A stretch of 64,000 nt of DNA from a virus. The position numbers and the translations under genes were made by a program. The DNA is taken from positions 86,183-150,182 of IMG/VR virus record IMGVR_UViG_3300008255_000101; one strand, given 5' to 3'. Of the stretch, positions 1-10,790 are shown in pieces (the stretch's first letter is position 1; each line of letters begins with the position of its first letter). A model generated the notes under the pieces. That model had not been told where the DNA came from. It did no database searches and saw only the letters and a list, made by a program, of their open reading frames with translations.

Positions 1-1926
1 AAGACCTCTTGCACCTGTGTCCCCTTGGACGCCTTCAATACCCGTGAGACCCTGTAATCCAGTGTCGCCTTGAACACCATCAACACCTGTGAGGCCCTGT
101 GCCCCCGTATCCCCTTGGACGCCTTCCGAACCTGTGGCTCCTGCGGACCCCGTGATGCCCTGGGCACCAGTGTCCCCTTGTACGCCATCTACACCTGTAG
201 GGCCCTGAACGCCCGTGTCACCCTGTACGCCTTCTGACCCGGTAACACCTTGAGCACCTGTGGCTCCCACACCCGTGGCGCCTGGGATACCCTGAATACC
301 AGTTTCACCTTGGGTCCCTACACCAGTTTCACCTTGGGTACCTGTGGCACCCATTAAACCTGTGGATCCGTCTGGACCAGGGTTACCCGTGATACCGTTG
401 AAACCTGTTAAACCCTGGATACCGTCGGTACCAGTTATGCCTCGGAAACCTGTTAAGCCCTGGATACCGTTGGCACCGGTAATTCCGGTTACTCCCGTGA
501 TACCTTGGAGACCCGTTAGGCCTTGTTCGCCCTGGACACCGTTGAAACCGGTGGTTCCTTGAACACCGCTGCCACCTGTTATGCCCTGGAGACCAGTAGA
601 ACCCTGAGTGCCCTGTTCGCCAGTAATACCCTGGGGTCCCTGGGAACCGGTAATACCCTGAGCACCGGGGGAACCTGTTTCTCCAGCGGGACCGTAGGGA
701 CCTGTTTCTCCAGCGGGACCCGTGGATCCGGACACACCAGTGGGGCCTTGGGAACCTGTGGCCCCCACTCCCGTTGAACCTTGAATGCCCTGAATACCAG
801 TTTCACCCTGGGTACCTACACCTGTCTCACCTTGGCTGCCTGCGCCAGTGTCACCTTGGGTACCTGTGCTACCCTGGATTCCTTGGAGACCAGTCTCACC
901 TTGTACTCCGGTAGCACCTCTTAAACCTGTCGACCCATCCGGGCCCGGGTTACCCGTGATACCCTCAAAACCTGTTAAGCCTTGTATGCCCTCAGAACCA
1001 GTTATGCCCTGGAAACCTGTAGGACCTTGGGAGCCATCAGCACCTGTAAGTCCCGCCGGACCGGCTGGACCAGTAAGTCCCCTTGCCCCCGTGTCGCCTT
1101 GTACGCCTTCAATTCCAGTAGGTCCTTGAAGACCTGTGTCGCCTTGCAGGCCCTGCACACCAGTGTCGCCTTGCAGGCCCTCGGATCCAGTAGCACCCAC
1201 AGAACCCGTTACGCCCTGGGTACCTACAGGACCTGTAATGCCCTGATCACCAGTGTCACCCTGGACACCGTCGATACCCGTAGGGCCTTGAACGCCCGTG
1301 TCACCTTGTACACCTTCAGCACCAGTCACACCCTGAGCGCCCGTGGCTCCCACACCGGTGGCGCCCTGTATTCCTGTGTCACCCTTGGCACCCGTAGCAC
1401 CCTGAGTGCCAGCACCGGTCTCGCCTTGGAGACCCGTAGCACCCATCAAACCTGTGGAACCGTCGGGTCCTGGACTTCCCGTAATACCTTCGTACCCTGT
1501 TAGGCCCTGGATACCGTCCGCACCAGTTATACCTGAATCACCCGTGATGCCCTGGATCCCTGTAACTCCTGAAGTACCCGCAGGACCCGTCACCCCTTGA
1601 GGTCCGGTAACCCCTAAACCTGTGTCCCCCTGGGGCCCAGTGGGGCCGTCGCTCCCTATGTAACCGATACCCGTAACGCCCTGTACACCAGTGGGCCCCT
1701 GGGGCCCTGTTATTCCTGGTCCCGTGTAGCTAGAGGAGCCACCTCCAGAGCAAATCCACTCCGTTCCATTGTAATACTCTAAGCAACCTGTAAGTCCGGC
1801 AGGGTTCGAAGTGTCCCCGTGGTAGATTACGTAACCCTCTTCAGCCACTAGGCTATCCCTCTCCGCCGTGGTAAGTACGGGAAGTTGAACGATTCGGCCT
1901 TTGTGTTTAATATTCAGGGTTTTCAT
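1..1926 (-). CDS. Collagen-like (Gly-X-Thr/Gln repeat) fibre protein, 3' end truncated by the window edge
   Basis: Not in the ORF track because it runs off the edge. Manual translation from ATG 1926 gives [24 protein letters not shown]...LEYYNGTEW, then long [13 protein letters not shown]-type triplets. Confidence 0.9.
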   Translation of the reverse strand, partial: MKTLNIKHKGRIVQLPVLTTAERDSLVAEEGYVIYHGDTSNPAGLTGCLEYYNGTEWICSGGGSSSYTGPGITGPQGPTGVQGVTGIGYIGSDGPTGPQGDTGLGVTGPQGVTGPAGTSGVTGIQGITGDSGITGADGIQGLTGYEGITGSPGPDGSTGLMGATGLQGETGAGTQGATGAKGDTGIQGATGVGATGAQGVTGAEGVQGDTGVQGPTGIDGVQGDTGDQGITGPVGTQGVTGSVGATGSEGLQGDTGVQGLQGDTGLQGPTGIEGVQGDTGARGLTGPAGPAGLTGADGSQGPTGFQGITGSEGIQGLTGFEGITGNPGPDGSTGLRGATGVQGETGLQGIQGSTGTQGDTGAGSQGETGVGTQGETGIQGIQGSTGVGATGSQGPTGVSGSTGPAGETGPYGPAGETGSPGAQGITGSQGPQGITGEQGTQGSTGLQGITGGSGVQGTTGFNGVQGEQGLTGLQGITGVTGITGANGIQGLTGFRGITGTDGIQGLTGFNGITGNPGPDGSTGLMGATGTQGETGVGTQGETGIQGIPGATGVGATGAQGVTGSEGVQGDTGVQGPTGVDGVQGDTGAQGITGSAGATGSEGVQGDTGAQGLTGVDGVQGDTGLQGLTGIEGVQGDTGARGL

Positions 1927-2015
1927 GTGCTATCGCTAGGGTACGGGTTCATGCCTTGCCCCATGGCGATTAGTACATTATAGCGGTAAGCCCCCGTGTT
2001 TAGTGGGGTTGTGGG

Positions 2016-3125
2016 CTACCTAGCGTACACCCAGAGTTTGTATAGAGCCAGGCTCGTGTCGATATTTATCTTGACCACATCGTCCGATGTATTGGACCAA
2101 TCGAAAGACCTTGTCCTTACTCTCATTTCGGAAACAGAGCTATCGTGAGCGGTGGAATCCATCCTGAGATTACGGGGCCTTCCGTGCTTTGTGAGGCACC
2201 CCTGTATGAGAGTTTCACCCAGTATGCCGAAGTCCGCCAAGTTAGGTTTACCGTCATTAACTGAGTCGTTACCTTCCGCCGTGTTGTTGGTGGTGTACAA
2301 CATAGCACTAGGGTAGTTGGTATCGTTGCTGTCGTCATTAAAGTAAAGATGGACGGTGGCTAGCGAATTGTTTGAAAAATGGGAGCATTCCACTTTGATA
2401 TTGCTATAAACTGAGGGGTCCCAGGTTATGGATCTCTGCGTCGTCTCTGGAGCACTGAGGCTGCTGAAAGAATCTAGGAGTACCCAGTCGCTAGGGGGAG
2501 CTGCCGGCGCGGATGCTCCCGTGGCACCTTGGGCGCCATCGATACCGTAGATACCACCTGGGGTGGGCAGGTATCCTGAGGTGGACACAATTGTTAGGTG
2601 CCAAGTCCCCACTATAGGGGTTCCGTCAACTAGAGACACTTCCACATTGTAGAGGTCCGCAGCACGTATCTCCGTGGGAAGAACGAGTTGGTTCAAATTA
2701 TCGTACACCTGGACAATTACTGATTCAGATCCCAGGTTGTGGTACACGGGTAATATGTCATTAACAAGGTCAGCCTGTGTGAAGGACCTAGCGTAAGAAC
2801 CTATGCTATTGCAACCACCCGTCTGGGAGATCAAGGTCACTCGCCAGGTTCCGGTTATGGGGGTACCGTCCACCAGAGAAACATCAACGTCGTACCCGTC
2901 GTTAATAATTATTTCAGACGGCAACACTAACTGGTTGTTTTCATCGTACACCTGCACAATGACATTCTCGGTGCCAAAAGTATGATGCACGTTCACTATG
3001 TCGTCGACCAGGTCAGCTTGAGTGAACAGCCTAGTGAAAGCGCCTACACCGTCCCCGGCACAACCCGTATAGCCACCACCTCCACCACCGCCGTATGCCG
3101 GGCTCTGTACGAATCCTAGCATCAT
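2016..3125 (-). CDS. Virion structural protein with a duplicated ~75-aa domain
   Basis: Two copies of FTQADLV.DI..V.H..G.E.VIVQVYD..NQLVLP.EI; lies next to the collagen fibre gene. Confidence 0.7.
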   Translation of the reverse strand: MMLGFVQSPAYGGGGGGGYTGCAGDGVGAFTRLFTQADLVDDIVNVHHTFGTENVIVQVYDENNQLVLPSEIIINDGYDVDVSLVDGTPITGTWRVTLISQTGGCNSIGSYARSFTQADLVNDILPVYHNLGSESVIVQVYDNLNQLVLPTEIRAADLYNVEVSLVDGTPIVGTWHLTIVSTSGYLPTPGGIYGIDGAQGATGASAPAAPPSDWVLLDSFSSLSAPETTQRSITWDPSVYSNIKVECSHFSNNSLATVHLYFNDDSNDTNYPSAMLYTTNNTAEGNDSVNDGKPNLADFGILGETLIQGCLTKHGRPRNLRMDSTAHDSSVSEMRVRTRSFDWSNTSDDVVKINIDTSLALYKLWVYAR

Positions 3126-3748
3126 TAGTAGTGCACCACTATCCTTACGTCGGCTATGTCGCCGTCGGTTATGATGGAGACTCCGTTGTCCTTAGAAAGA
3201 TTTCTGAAGATGGTGTAGTACACCAAGGGGTATACAGGCATGCTCTTGGTTACCGTAGCGTCCACTCCCGTTATATCCACGTAGACCACTGCAGTCTTGG
3301 CCGCATTGGAGTTATTGAATATCTCCATGAAGGTCACATCGTGTGTGAACTTGATGCGGGTAGCATTTGAGTTTGCTACGTGAGTGGATATATTCTCTGA
3401 CGCTGTGATGGGACTGTTTAGGGCCCCCGCGTCGGCCATCTGGTCCGCGATGTAGGGAATCAACCTAGGTGTACCCAAAGACGATTCAACCGAGGACCCG
3501 TCTACCGAAGTGATGGACAGGTAGAAGGTGTCGCCCTCGGTAAGGCCTATTTTGGCTCTGTTAAAACTCGCAGAGGTGGCCCTCTTACCAAAAGTTCCAA
3601 AATTAGGGATGTTGTCCTGCAGCAAGTTAAAAGTTCCCGCAGACCCTGTGGGGGACCAGTACAGCCTAAATTTTTTCGCACCAGGAAGTAAGTCCCAGTA
3701 CACTGTGATCTTTTCGGAATTCTCGTGGAGCTGTATAGCGGGCAACAT
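3125..3748 (-). CDS. Putative virion protein with an FN3/Ig-like N-terminal domain
   Basis: ITVYWD...FRLYWS...TFYLSITSVD...ES pattern; late-promoter-like motif upstream. Confidence 0.55.
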   Translation of the reverse strand: MLPAIQLHENSEKITVYWDLLPGAKKFRLYWSPTGSAGTFNLLQDNIPNFGTFGKRATSASFNRAKIGLTEGDTFYLSITSVDGSSVESSLGTPRLIPYIADQMADAGALNSPITASENISTHVANSNATRIKFTHDVTFMEIFNNSNAAKTAVVYVDITGVDATVTKSMPVYPLVYYTIFRNLSKDNGVSIITDGDIADVRIVVHY

Positions 3749-3805
3749 AACTAATCCCTGTTTTGTTATCTGTGAAACAGGATGGGCCCCATAAGGAGAT
3801 TATCC

Positions 3806-4243
3806 TTAGTGGATGTTCTTAGCCTTTTCCTTTAAGGCTTTGAGCCGACGTTCGTCGATCCCTGCCGAGTTCTGGGAGTTCTCCTCTTTCTCCACGTATT
3901 TCTTGAACTTAGTGGAGTCCTTGAGTCCGTTGTCCTTAGCCAACTGCTCCGCTTCTTTCCATGAGGAAACCTCTTGGCCGTTCACATTGGGGACCAACTT
4001 ATTTTTACCACCGTATCTCTCAAGTTGGCGTATCTCCAGCTGAGCGTTTTTCTTCTTACGAAGGCGCTCTTGCTTTTGGTACTTACCTACTGTGGTAGCT
4101 TTAACGAAAGAGCCCGTACCCCCTGATAGCACACGCCTCATAGGTTCTTGGCACTCCCCACATTTGAACTCGGGGTCCTCAGTCATTCCGTGCGTCTTGG
4201 CAGCTGTGTGCCCGTTTTCACACCGGTACTGGTATAAAGGCAT
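3806..4243 (-). CDS. FmdB-family zinc-ribbon protein
   Basis: MPLYQYRCENGH...CGECQEPMRRVLS signature. Confidence 0.8.
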   Translation of the reverse strand: MPLYQYRCENGHTAAKTHGMTEDPEFKCGECQEPMRRVLSGGTGSFVKATTVGKYQKQERLRKKKNAQLEIRQLERYGGKNKLVPNVNGQEVSSWKEAEQLAKDNGLKDSTKFKKYVEKEENSQNSAGIDERRLKALKEKAKNIH

Positions 4244-4253
4244 CTTTGGCCTC

Positions 4254-5573
4254 CTAGCTTATTTTATCTTTGATTACTTCGTACGCCGTGTTTATCAAGT
4301 TCACAGGTACACTTCCGAATTCTTTTTTGTACTCCATCAGTAACAGGATCAGGATATCAGGAGAATTCGAAAATTCTTCTAATATCAGTTCCTGGGTCCT
4401 GGGGTCTTGCGTTGCAAAATCACCGGTAACATAATCTGCCACTTGGTGCTCTTCCATACCGTTGGCCTTAAGGAGTTTAAGACCGTCATTGTACACTTGG
4501 CGGTGCATCTCGGCATCTTCAAGAAACTGTTTAAGCTTGGTTTTGCGATCCACATGGAACCTTTCCAAAACATCCATAGCTTCTTCGGGTACTTGAATAT
4601 CCTTGATGTCCAGCAAATTCTCTTTGACCTCGTCAGAGTACGCTTGGTCTACACCCATCTCAGTTAAGTGGGTAGCCACGGCATACACGTGCTTACAAAA
4701 CGTCAGATTCTTTCCGCGACCACCGTTAGTCACTTCACGGGGTTCGATAATTTGTGGCCTAAACATGGGCATGTACATGTAGTTGTTTTTCACAGCGTAG
4801 TACTGGGGACCCCAAAACAAAAAGGAGTTACAGTCGCAAGCCAACTGGCAAGGATGGTCCAGTAAATTGGTGGTAGGGCCTGAGGCCTTGAGGAACTGTA
4901 TCTTAACTACATGGCTCTCGTCGTCACCGGACACCTCAAATTCGTACAGTCCGTGCTTCTCCTGCTCAGGGTCGTTTCGTTTTCTGGGTTCCAGGGATCT
5001 TCCGCGAGTCTTGAACTCATCAGTTTTTTCGTGCTTACTTGAACCCAAAATCTGATGGATATTCTTAGAAGCAGTTTTGATGCCGGCTGTTTTTAAGGAC
5101 GCCTCCAAATTTGACACGTTGACGTCCTCGCCGTACAAACCGCTACCCCATGGATTACCTGTGGCCTCGTCCTGCCTCTCACGTGCAGCCCACCACCACT
5201 TAAGGGAAGTCTCCGGGGTAGTCTGCCTATCAAACTTATTGAACTCGATAGGGAAGCTCATCGCGTCCCCGTCAGACCTGTAGGAGTCGTTCTCGTTAGC
5301 AGGAGGTACATCCTGGGTCTTGTTCATACTGAGAGCGTCGTTCACGCCGTCCAGCAGATTAGGTCCTACATCGCCGTCCCCACTAGGGATATCCTTTACA
5401 GGTACCTTGCCCTTGTTCTTTTCTTCCACGTGGATATTACCCGGCGCGTTCTGGTCGGTATCCTTTCCGGGGAGATTCTTACGCATCATGTAGTCCATCC
5501 AGGGGATGTCCAAGCTCTCTTGGTTATTCCCTAGGTATTGGGCTATGATTTCTCTGGTAAAGTCTTTCTTCAT
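4254..5573 (-). CDS. SWIM-type zinc-finger protein, probably virion-associated
   Basis: CDCNSF...CKH motif; KTAG/KTAS motifs precede the domain. Confidence 0.6.
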   Translation of the reverse strand: MKKDFTREIIAQYLGNNQESLDIPWMDYMMRKNLPGKDTDQNAPGNIHVEEKNKGKVPVKDIPSGDGDVGPNLLDGVNDALSMNKTQDVPPANENDSYRSDGDAMSFPIEFNKFDRQTTPETSLKWWWAARERQDEATGNPWGSGLYGEDVNVSNLEASLKTAGIKTASKNIHQILGSSKHEKTDEFKTRGRSLEPRKRNDPEQEKHGLYEFEVSGDDESHVVKIQFLKASGPTTNLLDHPCQLACDCNSFLFWGPQYYAVKNNYMYMPMFRPQIIEPREVTNGGRGKNLTFCKHVYAVATHLTEMGVDQAYSDEVKENLLDIKDIQVPEEAMDVLERFHVDRKTKLKQFLEDAEMHRQVYNDGLKLLKANGMEEHQVADYVTGDFATQDPRTQELILEEFSNSPDILILLLMEYKKEFGSVPVNLINTAYEVIKDKIS

Positions 5574-5604
5574 ACTAAGGGGTTAGACCTTATTTATAGA
5601 TCAT

Positions 5605-5634
5605 AAAAAGCAGCCCCTGGACGGGGGCTGCTTT
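5605..5634 (-). terminator. Rho-independent terminator
   Basis: AAAGCAGCCCC-loop-GGGGCTGCTTT hairpin with a U-tract on the minus strand, downstream of 5667..6935. Confidence 0.8.
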
Positions 5635-5666
5635 CTAGTGAAGGGCATAAGACAAAGGGAGGAGTC

Positions 5667-6935
5667 CTATGCCAAGGCACTAATTTGTTCTTTGGCAGCT
5701 TTACGCACGGACCAATGGGACTTAACATGTACCCGGATGGCTTCCAGGAGAGTGGGGTCCTTGAATGTCTTGACGTAGGCCACTTTGGACTTGTAGTCGA
5801 TATCAGACCACTTCTTACCTCCCACTACCAAGTCATTGACGTCGGAGACAGCCACTGCAGCAGGAGTGGGATCCTTGGGTGCCTGTTGTTTGGCCTTGAG
5901 ACGGGCGGTTGCTTCATTCTTCTTCAATTGGAAGTCGTCAATCCTCTTGCGAGGAGTTTGCTCCTTCTCGTTTATGCCGGAAGAATGGGTCTTCTGCAAG
6001 ATTGGAGCGTCTTGCGCCTGCCTGGTGGTACTGTCCAGGTTAGTGAGACTCTGGTCTTTCGAAGGGGGAGCGATAGCGGATGACTCCATGGTCTTTGACG
6101 AGGGCCCTACGGCAGGCTTACCCATACCCTCACCTTCGTCCACCACCGTGGTCACGGCTTTTGCTTCAAGGGTGGAACCCTGGGTACCTAGGCCGGCATT
6201 TTTGGAAATCAATTTATCGAAACCTTCCTCACTCTTGGGAGAAGAAGCGTCCAACTCAATGGTCATCTTGGCGGGAACCATCCTACGCATAGGGATAGCT
6301 TCGCCGTCCACGGGGGGAGGATTCTCCCCTCTGTTCTCGATGAGGGCCTGTTGCTTGGCGGATACAGCCCGGGCACCCATCTTAATGGCACCCTCATTAT
6401 TGGAGCTCATGGCCACTGCTTCGCGGTTACCCTTCAAAGGTGCCACGATTTCCATATCTTCACCCATGATGACACCAAGCTTCTGGCGTTCCGTGGATAC
6501 AGAGGTGGAGTGGTTCTGGCGGGATCCGGCATCGTCGAAGGCGGTCTTGCGTACGGTGTTGCCCTCAACCGTCTCCACGGGCATTCCCCGTTTGGCGGAG
6601 GACCCCTCGACCATGACGAGATGGCCGTTGTTATTACTGGAGGCAACCGAAGTTGGGGCCACGTTTTCAAACATTTCCTGTGCGGCAGGAGCCTGCGTAG
6701 GAGAGCTGGTCTCGTACATAGGTACTTCTTCCGTTTCCCCCACAACTCGTAACCACCCTTCTCGGATAGCTGCCTTAAGGGATACAGAGGCATCACGAAT
6801 GCCATTGTACTCTACATTGAACCCGTCGTAGAAAAGAACCTCTCCCACTTTTGTGGAAAGGCCCATTGACAAAGCGGGGTTATTGATGAGGGACAGAGTG
6901 AACGCCTCGGTCACCAGGTATTTCTGCATGGACAT
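5667..6935 (-). CDS. Hypothetical (likely virion) protein
   Basis: 422-aa ORF with an AGGAG RBS and a late-promoter-like motif upstream. Confidence 0.7.
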   Translation of the reverse strand: MSMQKYLVTEAFTLSLINNPALSMGLSTKVGEVLFYDGFNVEYNGIRDASVSLKAAIREGWLRVVGETEEVPMYETSSPTQAPAAQEMFENVAPTSVASSNNNGHLVMVEGSSAKRGMPVETVEGNTVRKTAFDDAGSRQNHSTSVSTERQKLGVIMGEDMEIVAPLKGNREAVAMSSNNEGAIKMGARAVSAKQQALIENRGENPPPVDGEAIPMRRMVPAKMTIELDASSPKSEEGFDKLISKNAGLGTQGSTLEAKAVTTVVDEGEGMGKPAVGPSSKTMESSAIAPPSKDQSLTNLDSTTRQAQDAPILQKTHSSGINEKEQTPRKRIDDFQLKKNEATARLKAKQQAPKDPTPAAVAVSDVNDLVVGGKKWSDIDYKSKVAYVKTFKDPTLLEAIRVHVKSHWSVRKAAKEQISALA

Positions 6936-7051
6936 CTGGGTGTCTCCTTTTTGGGATCTGTTATATCCTACACATAGGCTAAAAAGTCTACGTACGTGTG
7001 CATATGGGGTACCCCGGATTAGGAGATTATCAGATATTCAAAAAGGACGGA

Positions 7052-7612
7052 TTACAATTTAGCGTATGGCGGGGCCACAGCTTCTTTTTCTTCGGCCAGT
7101 ATGGTTTCCAAATCATCCTGATGGCTTTCCTCATCCACCAAGATGTCTTGGAGGATGTCTGCCAAACCGTACTCGCCCAGGGTAAGTGCCTGAGCGATAC
7201 GTTCTTTGTAACGGGCCACGGCTGTCTTCTCGTCCACAAGGTCAAGTTCCAGCATCTGTTTAGCACCTGGTGCCAACTTCACATCACCCACGCCTACAGC
7301 TGGTACGCCGCCCATGTAGTTTATGCGGTCGGCTAGGGAGGAGGCGTGGCCTATTTCTTCCATCCCGTGAGTCTTGAGTTCATCCCTGAAGCTGTCGTAC
7401 TTCCTGCCCTGCGTACGGGCATAGTGCTGGAAGTATTGGAGGGCTGCCGTGTACTCGAGAATGAGATCCTCATTCAGCAATTCGATCAACTGGCCCTTAC
7501 TGACTAATGGGGTGGGGATAGCAGCCTGGGGGATGGAGGCCGACTTAATCTTTTCTGTTTTCTGATTTTCGCCGAAAATACTAGCGAACACAGAACTGGC
7601 GGTTTTTTGCAT
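7052..7612 (-). CDS. Bacterioferritin/ferritin-like di-iron protein with an N-terminal leader
   Basis: Ferroxidase ligands present (LILEY, EEIGH, LVDEK, DEESH) plus ADRINYMGGVP. GGAGG RBS supports a start at 7612 (MQKTAS). Confidence 0.88.
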   Translation of the reverse strand: MQKTASSVFASIFGENQKTEKIKSASIPQAAIPTPLVSKGQLIELLNEDLILEYTAALQYFQHYARTQGRKYDSFRDELKTHGMEEIGHASSLADRINYMGGVPAVGVGDVKLAPGAKQMLELDLVDEKTAVARYKERIAQALTLGEYGLADILQDILVDEESHQDDLETILAEEKEAVAPPYAKL

Positions 7613-7622
7613 GGGGCCTCCG

Positions 7623-10600
7623 TTAGAATAGGCTCTGTTGGTTTGGGTCACCCTTAGGTGCTTTCACAGCGGGGCCCGGGCGGTAGTTTTCTTTGAATGG
7701 GTTTCCAAATGGACGAGGGGGAGCAGGGATATGTACATCCTTAATGGTGTAGGCACCCTTGTTGTACAGATCAGCAGTCACTACTCCTATCTGGGGTACG
7801 TGGGCCCTGGCCAGGATCCTCCCTATGGCACCCCTAATGGCAGTGGCATCCTTCCTTCTTGAGCTATCTATGCTCTCGCTTCCCGGATACCCATACACGG
7901 TCAGTTCACTGCGGGCGGGGACAGACGCTTTCTTGTTTAGAAAAGCTTCTACCACCCGGTTAACCAGCGGTGATGACGCTGTCTTTACCACTGGGTTACT
8001 TTCTTTCATATGACTTCCAAGATCCTTGATCATGGAATCGTATTCTTCAACTAACTCGGGGTCCCTGTCGAAGTCTGTTTTGTCACCAAGGGCCTTTGCG
8101 AACTTATCGAGACTTGCTAAAAAAGACTTTTTATTGACGCCATCGTTACGGCCTACAAGGGCCTTGGCGCTGCGTAGCAAATCCTTGGCCTCTGACCCTA
8201 CACCCATACCCGAAAGAACCCCGTCACCCATGTACTCGGACTTCCCGTACTGCAGGTACATGGCCACTATGTCAGCTACCTCGTACAAGTCGTCAGGGAC
8301 CTCCAGCAATGCTGTGTGTACCTCGTTTCCTAGATCCCTATGCTCATCGTTGGAATCATCGGGAACCTTTTCCTCGGCGGGCTCAGACTGAGAGGGCTCT
8401 ATCTTAGGATCCTCAGGGGCCTTGAGTCGGGTCCATATGTTAGCGCTTTCCTGCACTATGCTATCGGTGTTCAATATTAGTTTGGCGCCCTGAACGGATT
8501 GCATAGCCTTGGCCTTGCTACGGATCTCGTTAAGTATGCCCTTGATCTGGTCGAGCTCCGAATTAATCCCGTCACCCAACTTGCCCAGCAGGGACTCTAC
8601 TTCTTCCACAGACTTTATAGATCCGCGGTTATCGAAAAGGTACTTCATGAGTCCCTTAACCTGATCACCTATGTCACCAACTAATTCCTTATTGTCCAGA
8701 ACTTCCCGAGCTTTTACCAGGGCCTTACTAAGGGCACCGCGAGCGAAGTCTAAGGCCTCCTCAGGGTCCTCTTTTTTGGCTACAAAGGCTTCAACCCTTT
8801 CTAGGTAATCCACTATAGCTTCCGCTTTCTCCACATCCCTCGTGCTGGGGACTTCAGGGGAGGCGCTTCCGGGTTCTTCCACCAAAACCTCAGCTATGGC
8901 TTCTGCTTGGGTTTCGTCCTCGGGCAGGACCTCGCCTTTCTCCTCAATCCTATCGGCCAATTCCTGTAGCATTTTACTGGCATTTTCTGGAGTCACTGGG
9001 TCAGAAACTTCCGGGGTAGCTGGTTTTTCCCCAGTACCCGCCGGCTTATCGGTGACAGTCCCACCTTGTTCTTTTTCATCAGCCTTAGCCCTGGCTGCTT
9101 GCTCCTTGGACCTCTTCAAAAAATCCTTATAGAAAGCTTCACCCCAAGCCTTAAGCTTATCTGCGGCGGGAGTTACCTCGCTGACCACATCAGCAGGAGT
9201 CGTCACACCGGGGCGAGCATCGTACAAAGCCTCGTCAAGGGCATTATAAAATGCCGAGAAGGGGCTGTGTTTGGATTTGATGATAGTCTCCAACACACGC
9301 GGACGATTTAGAACATCCTCGCTGAAATCTAATCTGTTACCAAGCTTGGACATGACCTGGTCTAGCGTACGGGAAAGCCACGCTTTGTCCACCTTACCGT
9401 TCTGCCTATACCAAGCCTTCATGGTACCGTTGTGGTAGGATCTGAAACCACTAGTGAAAGAACCCTTCTGACGAATCTCGTTAACCAGGTTCTCCCGATC
9501 GGGCGCTACTGGGGAGTTTGGTCCCTTCTCACCCATTTCTTCGGCACTGTAGCCCCCGTCACCCTGCTCTTCGTTAGCGGGAGCCTGCTCTTCAGGTTTG
9601 CCCTCTTCCGGTGCTTCGGTATCCTCTGGTTTGGAGTCCTCAGGTTCTTCCTTAGCCTTGGCAGGTTCGGTACTGTCGGGGACTCCAGCAGTCTCCTTCT
9701 TAATGGAGTCGTGCAGACTTTTCAGTGCTTTGTACAGGTTGTCCTTACCGTCCAGTATCAATTCGAAGTAGGTATCCGTGACAGCTTTGGACCACTCTGG
9801 AGAATCCTTGTATTCCTGAAGCGCCCGGAGGTACGAATCGTACGTACCTAAAAACTCTTTCTTGAGATCGGGTAGGGAACCTACAAAATCCCCTTCGGCG
9901 GCGGTCTTAACTAAATCTTCGAACTGGCGAAAGCGGGACTCAAAAGCCTTGCGGTCAAAGGACCCGTCTGCTTTGAATCCAAATTTTTCTAAGGAACCCT
10001 TTAACCGGCCACTCCAGTCACTCCCCACCACTCTAGTGGTGGCGTCCTCAACAACCTGGTCAAACTTCGCACGGTCAGGGCTTCCCTCAACGGGCTTCTT
10101 CTTTTCAATGACCTTATTAATTGCCTGGGATATTTGTTGGATACCGTCGGTACCTATCCACTGAATCTTCTTTTTCTTCTCTTCCGTACTTACGGGTTTG
10201 CCTTCGGGCTCCTTGGCACTCTCGTTGCCAAACACCTTGACCAGTTCCTCCAGAGATGTTACCAGCCCGTCCTTATCCATCAAAGAATCGTAGACCAAAC
10301 GGTACAGACCGTCCAGGTACGAGGGGTCTTTTTCATTTTTGAGGTCCTGGACAGCTTCCTTTAGGAAAACAGGAGACTCCTCCAGAAATTTAAGAACCTT
10401 GGGGCCGATCGCATTGGCCCTAAATTCGGCGGCGAACTTGGTTAGGCCCATGAACTGATCGTGGGTAGATCGGTACCTCTTACCATCGTAATGAGGCCAC
10501 AAACCATGATTTTGGAACACGTTCGTGATTCTAGTAAAATTCTGGATCAGGGACTGGGTGATCTCTTTGTACTGGCGGGTCTGCTCAGGGGTCATGCCAC

Positions 10601-10790
10601 CACGTTCCCCGTTTGCCAACCTTTGGGCGTTATCCCAGGCTTCCTCTACCCTTTCCATGCGGTCCCGAGGATTAGCTATGAAGTCCTGGACCACCTTAAT
10701 CTCTTGAGGAGACACAGTGTCCATCTTGTTTTTGTTACCCCAAAACAAACCTGCGGTGACTTCCTTGTAGCTTTTTTCCACATCATTCAT
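7623..10790 (-). CDS. Large acidic alpha-helical protein, putative internal head protein
   Basis: ~1050 aa, E/K-rich, with KTAA/KTAS/KKAS motifs. Start could be 10790 or 10847. Confidence 0.65.
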   Translation of the reverse strand: MNDVEKSYKEVTAGLFWGNKNKMDTVSPQEIKVVQDFIANPRDRMERVEEAWDNAQRLANGERGGMTPEQTRQYKEITQSLIQNFTRITNVFQNHGLWPHYDGKRYRSTHDQFMGLTKFAAEFRANAIGPKVLKFLEESPVFLKEAVQDLKNEKDPSYLDGLYRLVYDSLMDKDGLVTSLEELVKVFGNESAKEPEGKPVSTEEKKKKIQWIGTDGIQQISQAINKVIEKKKPVEGSPDRAKFDQVVEDATTRVVGSDWSGRLKGSLEKFGFKADGSFDRKAFESRFRQFEDLVKTAAEGDFVGSLPDLKKEFLGTYDSYLRALQEYKDSPEWSKAVTDTYFELILDGKDNLYKALKSLHDSIKKETAGVPDSTEPAKAKEEPEDSKPEDTEAPEEGKPEEQAPANEEQGDGGYSAEEMGEKGPNSPVAPDRENLVNEIRQKGSFTSGFRSYHNGTMKAWYRQNGKVDKAWLSRTLDQVMSKLGNRLDFSEDVLNRPRVLETIIKSKHSPFSAFYNALDEALYDARPGVTTPADVVSEVTPAADKLKAWGEAFYKDFLKRSKEQAARAKADEKEQGGTVTDKPAGTGEKPATPEVSDPVTPENASKMLQELADRIEEKGEVLPEDETQAEAIAEVLVEEPGSASPEVPSTRDVEKAEAIVDYLERVEAFVAKKEDPEEALDFARGALSKALVKAREVLDNKELVGDIGDQVKGLMKYLFDNRGSIKSVEEVESLLGKLGDGINSELDQIKGILNEIRSKAKAMQSVQGAKLILNTDSIVQESANIWTRLKAPEDPKIEPSQSEPAEEKVPDDSNDEHRDLGNEVHTALLEVPDDLYEVADIVAMYLQYGKSEYMGDGVLSGMGVGSEAKDLLRSAKALVGRNDGVNKKSFLASLDKFAKALGDKTDFDRDPELVEEYDSMIKDLGSHMKESNPVVKTASSPLVNRVVEAFLNKKASVPARSELTVYGYPGSESIDSSRRKDATAIRGAIGRILARAHVPQIGVVTADLYNKGAYTIKDVHIPAPPRPFGNPFKENYRPGPAVKAPKGDPNQQSLF

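Noticed and set aside
344-1600. Pro/Val-rich plus-strand ORFs and short minus-strand ORFs in the track
   Set aside because: Shadows of the minus-strand collagen gene; antisense Gly codons give Pro/Thr/Ala/Ser periodicity.
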